From Squalus acanthias (lineage: Eukaryota), in the NCBI GenBank assembly GCA_030390025.1, contig CM059438.1:57910001-57974000 (forward strand): a stretch of 64,000 nucleotides of DNA, given 5' to 3'. The translations under genes and the position numbers were made by a program. Under the pieces are notes generated by a model. The model made no database searches and was not told where the DNA came from. It saw only the letters and a list, made by a program, of their open reading frames with translations. This document shows, in pieces, positions 11,521 to 22,619 of the stretch (the stretch's first letter is position 1; each line of letters opens with the position of its first letter).

Positions 11521-12238
11521 TAAAGGCTCTTTATCTGAATGCACGAAGCATTCGTAACAAGATAGATGAATTAGTGGCACCAATGGAGATAAGTTGCTTT
11601 GATCTAATAGCCATTACAGAGAGATGGTTGCAAGGTCTTGAGTCAAAGAGTCATAACGGCACAGAAGGAGGCCATTCGGCCCATCGAGTCCGTGCCGGCT
11701 CTCTGTAGAGCAATCCAGTCAGTCCCATTACCCCGCTCTATCCCCGTAGCCCTGCAAGTTTATTTCCCTCAAGTGCCTATCCAGTCTCCCCTTGAAAACA
11801 TTGAGTGTCTCCACTTCCATCGGCAGCGAGTTCCAGGTCCTCACCACTCGCTGCATAAAAAAGTTTTTTCTCACATCCCCCCTGTATCTCTTGCCCAAAA
11901 TCTTAAATCTGTGTCCCCTAGTCCTTGCACCATCAACTAGTGGGAACAGCCTTTCCCCGTCTAGCCTATCCAAACCCATCATAATCTTGCACACCTCTAT
12001 CAAATCACCCCGCAGCCTCCTTTGCTCTAATGAAAACAAATCCAGCTTCTCCAACCTGTCCCTGTAGCTAAGATCCCCCATCCCCAGAACCATTCTGGTA
12101 AATCTCCTCTGCACCCTCTCAAGTGCCTTCACATCCTTCCTAAAGTGTGGTGACCAGAACTAGGCGCAATACTCCAGTTGTGGCCTAACCAGTGCTTTAT
12201 AAAGGTTCAGCATAACTTCTCTACTTTTGTACTCAATA

Positions 12239-12663
12239 CAGGAAACTTTCGTTTATCCGGCATCGACGGGACCGGCGTGGTGCCGGTTTATCGAAAGTAC
12301 CGGATAACGGAGAGTTATATCTACCGAGGCTATCTTTAACAAAGAGACTCCAGGCAGCGCGGGAGAATCAAATCCTGCTTCTGCAGTGTTTCGGACTTCC
12401 GACAGCGCCAGGTGGCCGAGTAGTGGCACTTTTGAAAAGTACCCCTACTGACTAAATCGGCGTTCGCGGACTCGGACTCGGACTCGGGATCGGCAACATT
12501 GCCGGTTATTTGAGAGGAATTTTCGGAGCACTCGGCGTTCGCGGAGACTCGACTGTGGCTCGGCAACATTGCCGGTTATTTGAGAGGAGTTTTCGGAGGA
12601 TGATTTTTGCCGGTTAAGCGAGAATTCCGGATATTTGGGTGCCGGATAAACGAAAGTTTCCTG
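12239..12663. mobile_element. Tc1/mariner superfamily (pogo/Tigger-like) MITE, 425 bp
   Basis: Perfect 24-bp TIR CAGGAAACTTTCGTTTATCCGGCA; TA duplication; empty site visible in the paralogous CR1 at ~54110. Confidence 0.95.
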
Positions 12664-13707
12664 TACCTCTATTTATGAAGTCCAAGATCCCATATGCTTT
12701 GCTAACCACTCTCTCTATATGTCCCGCCACCTTCAGGGACCTATGCACATTAACTCCCAGGTCCCTCTGTCCCTGCACACTCTTTAAATCTGTGTCATTA
12801 AGTGTATATTGCCTGTTCCTTCTGCCAAAATGCATCACCTCACACTTCTCTATTAAATTCCATCTGCCACTTGTCTGCCCATTCTGCTAGCCTATGTCCT
12901 GTTGCAGTCGATTGGTATCATTACTGTTTGCCACCCCCCCAAGTTTGGTGTCATCGGCAAATTTAGAAATTTTTGCCCTTGCTTTGGTTCCGTTACCCTT
13001 CCCTCTTGTTGGAATGTACCTAGCCTGTACTTGGAACGTCTCCTCCTTAAAGATCTCCCATTGTTCCATTACAGTTTTACCTGTCAGGCTTTGGTTCCAT
13101 TTTACTCTGGCTAAATCCTTTCGCATCCCATTGAAGTTAGCCCTATTCCAATTTCGAAGTTCCACTCTAGATTGTTCCTTGCTCCTCTCCATTGCTAATC
13201 TAAATCTTATGATACGATGATCACTCGTACCCAAGTGTTCTCCCACAGACACTTGGTCAACCTGGCCCACCTCATTCCCCAGCACCACATCCAGCAATGC
13301 CTCCTTCCTAGTTGGGCCAAGAACATACTGGTCAAGGAAATTCTCCTGAACACATTTCAGAAATTCCTCCCCCTCATTTTCCTTTACCCTAGCATTATCC
13401 CAATCGATATTTGGGTAATTAAAGTCCCCCAATATCACCACTCTATAGCTCTTGCATATCTCTGCGATTTCCCTACAGATTAGCTCCTCTACCTTCCTCT
13501 CACTATTTGGAGGCCTGTAGAATACCCCCAATAGCGTGATCATACCCTTTTTGCTCCTCAACTCTAACCAAATGGATTCTGTCCTTGTCCCCTCAAGAAC
13601 ATCCTCCATTTTCAACACTACAATGTCTTTCTTAATCAGCACTGCCACCCCACCTCCCTTTTTTCCTTCCCTATCTTTTCTGAACACCTTGTAACCTTGA
13701 ATATTAA

Positions 13708-14590
13708 GGGGGAGAAATTCGGTATCACCCCCTTTGGGGCGCAATTATCGGCTGGGCGTAAAGTTTAGCGCCTGGCACTAATTATCGCCTCCGACTGCAA
13801 ACTTGGCTTCTATCGCCCCTGGAGGTGATTGGAGCACTAAATCAGGCGTTACACACCTCTCTTAAGGCGCTAACGCCAAGGAGCGTGGCACTACCTCAGA
13901 GCACTGGCGAAGCTCATGTGATGTCAGTCAGCAATGGAACACAGACACACTGGCGCCGGCCAGTTCTTAAAGGGGAGGGTTGATCTTGCTCTCCATCCAC
14001 ACCCTGCTCAGTGCAGCCTTAAATCTCAGCCTGGAGAGACCTGTACATCAAATCTGCTGGAAAGAACAATGGAGAGGCCTAGGGAAAGAGCACAGAGTGC
14101 AGCCCCCACAGTCTCTTCTAAATCAATGCAAGGAAGGTCAAATCAAAATGAACCTGCAAAGTGCTGCTCAGTACCCAAAACTCCTTCACACAGCGTTGAA
14201 TCTCTCCAGAAGTCTCTCTCTCTCTCACACAGAATGCGTGGAGCAAAAATGTCGCCGACAAAAAAAGGTAGGAAGCGGTCGCCTTTAAATAGCGCTCCCC
14301 CAGTCCCTTCCCGACTGCAAAACGTTCCCCTCAACCTGTCATTGCTAGCGGAAGGGGGTAAGGCAGGGGGCGGCACTCAATATCCGGTCCGGGGCATTGC
14401 ACGCTCGACTGACGTCACGATCTGCAGGCGCAGGAGATCGTGGCGGTAGTGTTTAACGCCGCCGCAAAATGTCTGGTTAATTTCGCGAGTGGTGCAAACA
14501 TCGCTGCGCCCGGGTGCTAGTTGTTTTGCACCCCATTAGCGCCCTCTTAGGGTGCTAACGGGAGGCGCAAAGCAACCAAATTTTTCCCCC
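13708..14590 (+). mobile_element. Harbinger-type MITE, 883 bp
   Basis: TIR GGGGGAGAAATT / AATTTTTCCCCC; TAA duplication; empty site at 56254-56256; second copy at 56494-57381. Confidence 0.95.
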
Positions 14591-17475
14591 TAAGTGCCCA
14601 GTACTCACTGTTTTTAACCCACGTTTCCGTTATTGCCACAACATCATATTGCCACACAGCTAATTGTGCTTGTAGCTCACCAACCTTATTCACCACACTT
14701 TGTGTGTTTATGTACATGCATTCTAAATCCATTTTTGAATTTTTCGTAGTCTTTCTTAGTCTGCTCCTACTTCCGCCTCTAGCACTACTTTCTTCTCTAG
14801 TACTATCCAACAACTCACTCTTTTATGACCAAGGTTGAGAACTAAATATTCCAGGGTACTTAACGTTTCGAAAAGACAGGCAGAATGGAAAAGGAGGGGG
14901 GTAGCCCTGATAATAAAGGATGACATAAGGATAGTAGTGAGAAGGGATCTTGGCTCGGAAGATCAGGAAGTAGAATCAGTATGGGTGGAGATAAGAAATA
15001 TCAAGAGGCAGAAAACACTGGTGGGAGTAGTTTATAGGCCCCCAAACAGTAGCCATATCAGTGGACAGAGTATTAATCAACAAATAATAGGAGTGTGTAA
15101 CAAAGGTAATACAATAATCATGGGGGACTTTAATCTTCATATTGACTGGACAAATCAAATTGGCAAAGGTAGTCTGGAGGACGAGTTAATGGAATGTATT
15201 CAAGACCGTTTCCTAAAACAATATATCGTGGAACCAACCAGGCAACAGGCTATTTTAGATCTTGTGTTGTGTAATGAGACAGGGTTAAGTAGTAATCTCA
15301 TAGTAAAGGATCCTCTGGGGAAAAGTGATCATAATATGATAGAATTTCACATTGCATTTGAGAGTGAAATACTCAAGTCCAAAACTAGAGCCTTAAACTT
15401 AAATAAAACCAATTACATAGGTATGAGGGATACATTGGCTAAGTTAGATTGGGAAATTAAATTAAAAGGTATGACAGTAGATAAGCAGTGGCAAACATTT
15501 AAAGAAATATTTCAAAATTCTCAACGAATATACATTCCATTAAGAAATAAAAACTCCACGGGAAAAGTGATCCAACCGTGGCTAACTAAAGAAGTTAAGG
15601 ATAATATTAGATTAAAAGAAGAGGCTTATAATGTTGTGATGAATAGTGGTAAGACTGAGGATTGGGAGAGCTTTAGGAACCATCAAAGGATGATCAAAAA
15701 TTGATAAAAAGGGAGAAAATAGAATATGAGAGTAAACTAGCAAGAAACATTAAAAAAATTCAAAGAGATTCTACAAGTATGTAAAAAGAGAGAGAGTAGC
15801 ACAAGTAAGCGTTGGTCCCTTAGGGGTTGAGACAGGAGAAATTATAATGGGGAATAAGGAAATGGCCGAGACTTGAAACAAATATTCTGTATTAGTCTTC
15901 ATAGTAGAAGACACAAATAGCAGTAGAGAAAAAGTACTTGAGAAACTAATGGGACTAAAATCCGACAAATCCCCAGGACCTGATGGCCTACATCCCAGGG
16001 TTCTAAAAGAGATGGCTGCAGAGATAGTGGATGCATTGGTTGTGATCTTCCAAAATTCCCTAGATTCTGGTACAGTCCCAGCAGATTGGAAGGTAGCAAA
16101 TATAACCCCGCTATTCAAGAAAGGGAAAATGCTGGAATCCATTATTAAGGAAGTGGTAACAGGGCACTTAGAAAAACATAATATGATTGGGCAGAGTCAA
16201 CATGGTTTTATGAAAGGGAAATTGTGTTTAACAAATTTATTAGAGGTTTTTGAGGATGTAACTAGCAGGGTAGAAAAAAGGGTATCAGTGGATGTAGTAT
16301 ATTTGGATTTCCAGAGGGCATTTGATAAGGTGCCACACAAAAGGTTGCTACACAAGATAAGGGCTCATTGGGTTGGGGGGTAATATATTAGCATGGATAG
16401 AGGATTGGTTAACAGACAGAAAACAGAGAGTAGGGATAAACGAGTCATTTTCTGGTTGGCAGGCTGTAACTAGTGGGGTGCCGCAAGGATCAGTGCTTGT
16501 CCTCAGTTATTTACAATCTATATGAATGACTTAGATGAAGGGACCGAGTGTAATGTATCCAAGTTTGCTGATGATACAAAGCTAGATGGGAAAGTAAGAT
16601 ATGAGGAGGACACAAAGAGCCTGCAAAGGGATATAGACAGATTAAGTGAGTGGGCAATAAAGTGAGGAAATGTGAGGTTATTCACTTTGGTAGGAAGAAT
16701 AGAAAAACAGAGTATTTATTAAATATTGGTGTTGAGAGAGATTTAGGTGTCCTCGTACAGGAAACACAGAAAGTTAGCATGCAGGTACATCAAGCAATTA
16801 GGAAGGCAAATAGCATGTTGGCCTTAATTGCAAGGGGGCTGGAAGTACAAGTGTAAGGAAGTCTTACTACAATTGTACAGGGCTTTGGTGAGACCACACC
16901 CGGAGCACTGTGCACAGTTTTGGTCTCCTCTAAGGAAGGATATACTTGCCTTGGAGGTGGTGCAATGAAGGTTCACTAGATTGATTCCTGGGATGAGAGG
17001 GACGTCCTATGATGAGAGATTGTGTAGACTGGGCCTATACTCTCTGGAGTTTAGAAGAATGAGAGGTGATCTCATTGAAACATACAAGATTCTGAAGGGG
17101 ATTGACAGGGTAGATGCTGAGAGGTTGTTTCCCCTGGCTGGTGTGTCTAGAACTAGGGGGCATAGTCTCAGGATAAAGGGTCGACCCTTTAAGTCTGAGA
17201 TGAGGAAGAATTTCATCACTCAGAGGGTTGTGAATCTTTGGAATTCTCTACCCCAAAGGGCTGTGGATGCTGAATCGCTGAGTATATTCAAAGCTGAGAT
17301 AGACAGATTTTTGGACTCTAGGGGATTCGGGAAAGTGGAGTTGAGTTTGAAGATCAGCCATGATCTTATTGAATGCTGGAGCAGGCTCGAGGGGCTGTAT
17401 GGCCTACTCCTGCTCCTAATTCTTATGTTCTTTCAATACTGTGGTCAATAGATCTTTGCTAAGTAAGGGTATCAT

Positions 17476-18770
17476 AAGAACATAAGAAATAGGAGCAGGA
17501 GTAGGAGTAGGCCATACGACCCATTGAGCCTGCTCCGCCATTCAATAAGATCATGACTGAACTTCTACATCAGCTTCACTCTCCGCCCCTCCCCATCCCC
17601 ATATTCCTTGATTCCCTTAGTGCCCATAAATCTATATCTCAGCCTTGAATATACTCAACGAGTCAGTATCCACAGCCCTTTGGGGTAGAGAATTCCAAAG
17701 ATTCACAACCTTCTAAGTGAAGAAATTCCCCTTCATATCAGTTCTAAATGGCCGACCCATTATCCTGAGACTACTACCCCTAGTTCTAAACTCTCCAGCC
17801 AGGGGAAACAGCCTCTCAGCATCTATCCTGTCAAGCCCGCTAAGAATTTAATGTTTCAATGAGATCACCTCTCATTCTTCTAAACTCCAGAGAATATAGG
17901 CACATTCTGCTCAATCTCTCCTAATAGGACAACCCTCTCATCCCAGAAATCAATCTAGTGAACCTTCATTGCACCCCCTCTAAGTTAAGTATATCCTTCC
18001 TAAGGTAAGGAGACCAAAACTGTACACAGCACTCCAGATGTAGTCTCACCAGGGCCCTATATAATTGCAGCATGACTCCCTTACGCTTATACTCCAACCC
18101 CCTTGCAATAAAGGCTAACATACTATCTGCCTTCCTAATTGCTTGCTGTAACTACATGTTAACTTTCTGTGATTCATGTACAAGGACCCCCAAATCCCTC
18201 TGAATACCAACGTTCACTAGTCTATCACCGTTTAAAAAATATTCTGCTTTTCCATTCTTCCTACCAAAGTGGATAATTTCACACTTCCCCACATTATACT
18301 CCATCTGCCACTTTTTTGCCTAGACACTAACGGTCTATACCCCTCTGCAGCCTCTTTGCGTCCTCCTCACTGCTTACTATCCCATCTAGCTTTGTATCGT
18401 CAGCTAACTTGGATATATTGCACTAGGTCCCCTCATCTAAGTCATTGATATAGATTGAAAATAGCTGAGGCCCAAGCACTGATCCTTGCGGAACTCCACT
18501 AGTTACACCCTGCCATCCTGAAAATTACCCATTTATTCCTACTCTCTGTTTTCTATCCGTTAACCAATCATCAACCAATGCTAATATATTACCCCCAATC
18601 CCATGAGCCCTAATCTTGTGTAACAATCTTTTATGTGGCACCTTATCGAATGCCTATTAAAATCCAAATATACTACATCCACTGGTTCCCTCTTATCTAT
18701 CCTGCTAGTTACACTCTCAAAAAACTCTAATATAAATTTATCAAACATTATTTCCCTTACATAAAACTGT
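17476..18770 (-). mobile_element. CR1 3' portion nested in the outer CR1 3' end
   Basis: Collinear with 2250-3356 and 52228-53510; TTCTTATG tail. Confidence 0.93.
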
Positions 18771-18887
18771 GTCAAAGGATATGGAGCAAAGGCGGCTAAA
18801 TGGGGTTAAGGTACAGATCAGCCATGATATACTTGACTGGTGGAACAGGCTGAAGGGCTGAATGGCCTACCTCTTTTCCTATATTCT

Positions 18888-19345
18888 TTCACCCACATTC
18901 CAGGCTTCCCCAGGGTTCAAGGTGCCATCGATTGCACACACAATGCCATGCATGCTCCCCATCACCAGCCTGGCATTTTTGTCAATAGATACTACTCCCT
19001 AGTATGTACTTGGCAACAAGGGATATCCCAGCCGGACAAAGTTCATGACTCCTATCAGGAACCTGGGCACAGACATTGAGCATACTGAAACCAGAACTAT
19101 CACCGAGCAGACCAACGGCCTTTGCTATTATGACCGTGTTTCCAGATTTGTGGCCATGTGCTGCACGTTGCATAACTTTGTTATACTGCTGGACCAGCCT
19201 TTACCACCACCTGGGTAGCAAGGACTGGAGGAGGAGGAACAGGAGGAGGAAGAGCAGCACGAAGAGGAGGAAGAAAGGGAGCATCATGACCAACAGTGCC
19301 CCTAGTTGCCAGAGTTCTCAGAGAGCAACTAAACCAAGAGCTCTT
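18888..19345 (+). pseudogene. Harbinger transposase fragments
   Basis: IPGFPRVQGAIDCTH, DKGYP-like segment, CCTLHNF, acidic tail; heavily deleted. Confidence 0.85.
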
Positions 19346-19510
19346 CACATGAACCATCCCTCCCATCCCCACTACACCATTCCTGATCACCATCGTCCTC
19401 ACTACCACCATCAGATTGTCTTCCTTCAGTCCAGCCGCATGGGTCTTGCCCTCAACTGCCTACGAATATGAACACCAACACCAACACCAAATCCAAAAAA
19501 CAGAAACTTT

Positions 19511-20459
19511 GGCCGCGATATTTGCGGGGCTGCAAGTTTGCAGCGGGCCGGGGTTGGGGGGTTCTAGACTGGAAATCCGGAAGTACGTGTTTCCCAAACA
19601 TCCAAACGTCTTTTACATTTTTTCTCCAGGTTTCCCGCCTTGACAGGACTGTTGGAGGAGAGAAGAGATCGTGGGAGGTAGAGGTGGGGGAGGGTGGGGG
19701 GGTGGTTGGGGACATGGTGGTCAGGGGAGCGAGGTGGCGGTTGGGGGGGGGGAGAGAAATGGCGGTTGGGGGGAGCGAGGTGGCGGTCTGGGAAAGCGAG
19801 ATGGTGATCGGGGGAGCGAGATGGCGGTTGGGGAAAGCAAGATGGCGGTCGGGGGGGAATGAGATGGTGGTCAGGGGTAGCGAGATGATGGTTGGGGGTG
19901 GTGAGATGATGGACGGGGGAGCAAGATGGTGGTCAGGGGAGCGAGATGTTGTTCGGGGGGAGCGAGATTGTGGTCGAGGGGAATGAGATGGAGGTTGGGG
20001 TGAGCGAGATGGTGGTCGGCGGGGTGGGGGGGTGGAGGTGAGAGATGGTGGTCAGGGCAGTGGAGATGGTGTTCGGGGGGGGAGAGATCGTGGGGGGGGG
20101 AGCAGACAGGTAGCGGGGAGGTGGTTTGCAGGGTAGCTTGTTGGGTTGTGGGAAACACTCCTGCTCTTCCTGGCCCATAAGCCCTTCTCGCCTTCTTTTA
20201 CCTGCCGGGTTTCCCGAGGCCCAGGGAACCTGGCCAGCATGGGTTAAAAATAAAAACACTGTTAAAATGAAGGCTGCAGCCTCCTTAAAAGATTTCAATA
20301 ACCAACCCGCCTCCTGACAGCGGATTGGTTGTCCGCTCCCCGTCCCGCATCCGTTAAAACGGGAAGTGGGTGGGTTCGAGGTAGGTTGGGTTCCTGTTTC
20401 AGATTTTTTACTTTTTAGCCTCTCACCTGACCCAAATTCACCCGGTTAAAATTACCCCC
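19511..20459 (+). mobile_element. Harbinger-type MITE with internal G-rich ~21-bp tandem repeat
   Basis: Ends TTAAAATTACCCCC; right half similar to 33590-33938 and, inverted, to 49017-49240; TTT on both flanks. Confidence 0.75.
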
Positions 20460-20824
20460 TTTACTTCAACTCACTGCAGCTCTGAATAAGTTAACTGGAA
20501 TCATTCAGAATCACCCTTGTGCAACCTCTTAAAGCTTGTCTTGTGTACTTGACTACCTATCTAGTGTTCTTATAAGGTGTATCGCAGTGGCTACAGCTTG
20601 GGGGTGGAAAGCTGCTGCGCGTCCATTGAGGACACTTCAGATGGTTACGGTAGACGACCTCAAGCAGCACTGGGCCTTGAGGGTCAATCACTCCAAAAAG
20701 CCATTCAAAGCTGAAGCAGTCAATACTCAAACTTTCAGCGGTCTTCAAGCTTAAAGACTCAATTCCATCAGTGTCAGTTGTCCTAGCAACAGCTGCATCT
20801 AATATTTCTCATTCTAACTTACAC

Positions 20825-21995
20825 AGAAGAAAGAACTTGGATTTATATAGCGTCTTTCATGACCTCAGGATGTCCCAAAGTGCTTTATAACCAATTTGCA
20901 GCTAAGTCACTGTTGTAATGTAGGTAAGCTCCCAAAAACAGCACTGAGATAATGGGCCGAAAATTGATCCCGCGACGCGAGAGTACGCACTGCGTACTCT
21001 CGCGTATTCCCACTCCAATTGCCGGTTTTCTGCATGCCCTGCGCATGCGCTGAAAACCGGCAATTGCTCTTCAGAAAAAGGGGCGGGTCCTCGGTGCATC
21101 GCGTGCGCGCTACAGGCTGCGCGCACGCTGTGCACTTCATGCTTTGGACGCGCAGGTAAGTACTGAAGATTTTGGAAATGTAAAAAGGAGGAGTAAGACC
21201 CGCTTTTAAGAAGGTAAGTAGTGAATTAAATATTTTTTTGAATTTTTTTTTACAGGTATATCTTTTTTAGAGACTTTAAAGACAGGTAAGTTTATTTTTA
21301 AAACTTTTTAAAAGATTTTAAATTTTTTCAAAAATTTAATTTTTTATTTAAAATGGTTAATTTAATTAACTATACTTATTTTATTAATGTGATGGTTTTT
21401 TAAAAAAATTTAATTGAGGTTTAGCTGTTATTTTGGGGGGGTGTAAGATTCATAGATTTCACAGCCATGCTGTGAGACTTATGAATGGAAGATGGTGTGC
21501 TGCCATTGGCTCTAACTGAGTCACGTGATCCCACAGCTCGCACGAATTCACTACGCCGCTGGGATACGCAAGCCCAGCACAGCTGATGTCTGGAACATCA
21601 AGTTCGTGCGAGCTGGATCTGAAAAAGCACAAGCGAGGTGAGACAACGCGGGGAAGGCTTACCCCCGCGGGAACAGAGCGAGATCAATTTCTGGGCCATT
21701 GAACCAGATCATCCATTTTTAGTGATGTTGGTGAGGGATAAATATTGGGTAGGACATTGGGGAGAGCTCCCCTGCTCTTTTTCAAAATAGTGCCATGGGA
21801 TCTTTTACATCCAACCGAGAGGGCAGACGGAGCCTCAGTTTAACAGCTCGTCCAAAAGACGGCATTTCTGACAGTGCAGCACTCCGAGGACTGCGACTGT
21901 AGTGTCAGCCTAGATTTTGTGTTCAAGTCTCTGGAATTGAACTTGAACCCACAACCTTCTGACACCCAGGCGACAGTGGTACCACTGAGCCACAA
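20825..21995 (-). mobile_element. tRNA-derived DeuSINE (SacSINE1-like) with L2-type tail, interrupted by a MITE
   Basis: A-box TGGCTCAGTGG and B-box GGTTCAAGTTC on minus strand; Deu-domain core GATGTAAAAGATCCCATGGCACTATTT...GAGCAGGGGAG; tail TATATAAATCCAAGTTCTTTCT. Confidence 0.88.
20954..21697 (+). mobile_element. Harbinger-type MITE with CpG-rich ends and AT-rich centre
   Basis: Imperfect TIR GGGCCGAAAATTGATC / GATCAATTTCTGGGCC; flanks AAT/ATT; splits the DeuSINE. Confidence 0.85.
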
Positions 21996-22163
21996 ATGAC
22001 ACCTAGTGCATTGTGTGCATAAAACCAAGACATTCAGGGCTGCAGCACCATTGACTACCATTTAAATATATTTAAATTTGTTGGCTGGGACTCAGCTGGC
22101 AGAAAGAATTTCAGGAGGATTGATTCTCTGGCAGAAAAAGCTTTGATTTTATGGTAAAATCTA

Positions 22164-22545
22164 AGAACATAGGAACAACCCTCCAAGTTCCACCATTCAA
22201 TTAGATCCAGGCTGATCAGTACCTTAACTCCATTTACTCGCCTTTGATCCATATCGCTTGATACTCTTACCTAATAAAAATCTGTCGCTCTAAATCTTGA
22301 AAATTTCAATTGACCCAGCCTTTTGAGAGAATTCCAAATTTCCACTGCCCTTTGTGTGAAAAAGTATATCCTGATTTCCTTTTGAATGGCCGAGCTCTAA
22401 TATTAAGATTGTACTCCTTGTTCTGGATTTCCCACCACAGGAAATAGTTTCTCTGTCTCTATCCTATTGAATCCATTTATCATTTTAAACACCCTTAGAT
22501 TATCCCTCAACCATCTAAATGTAAGGGAATACAAGCCACATTTAT
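22164..22545 (-). mobile_element. Old CR1 3' fragment
   Basis: GLYSLTFRWLRDNL...EKLFPVVG; CR1 3' UTR. Confidence 0.85.
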
Positions 22546-22619
22546 GCAATATAAAGACATGCTGAAAACCATTCAGGACCTTACTGTTTATCCCTGAAGC
22601 AGTTACATGCAATAAATAA

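Larger units (their letters stand above)
11640..14826 (-). mobile_element. CR1 LINE (second subfamily) with internal deletion and two MITE insertions
   Basis: Highly similar to 53511-57560; endonuclease motifs joined in frame to ISKFADD at ~12975. Confidence 0.93.
11141..17431 (+). mobile_element. CR1 LINE ORF2 (APE endonuclease + RT), disrupted, with nested SINE and CR1
   Basis: LKALYLNARSIRNK (11520), GVVYRPP/MGDFN/SDH (14835-15704), SPGPDG, DFQRAFDKV, 3' tail at ~17420. Confidence 0.93.
8020..18887 (+). mobile_element. Old CR1 LINE split by nested insertions (pieces ~8020-8620, 9105-9431, 10264-11140, 17432-17475, 18770-18887)
   Basis: Successive ORF2 motifs (PGPDG, DFQKAFDKV, QGSVLGP, KFADD, RPHLEY) and the 3' UTR continue collinearly across the insertions. 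Confidence 0.85.

Noticed and set aside
21930..21995. tRNA gene (also 42710-42781)
   Set aside because: A and B boxes are present, but they are SINE heads joined to Deu or V domains, with no complete cloverleaf.
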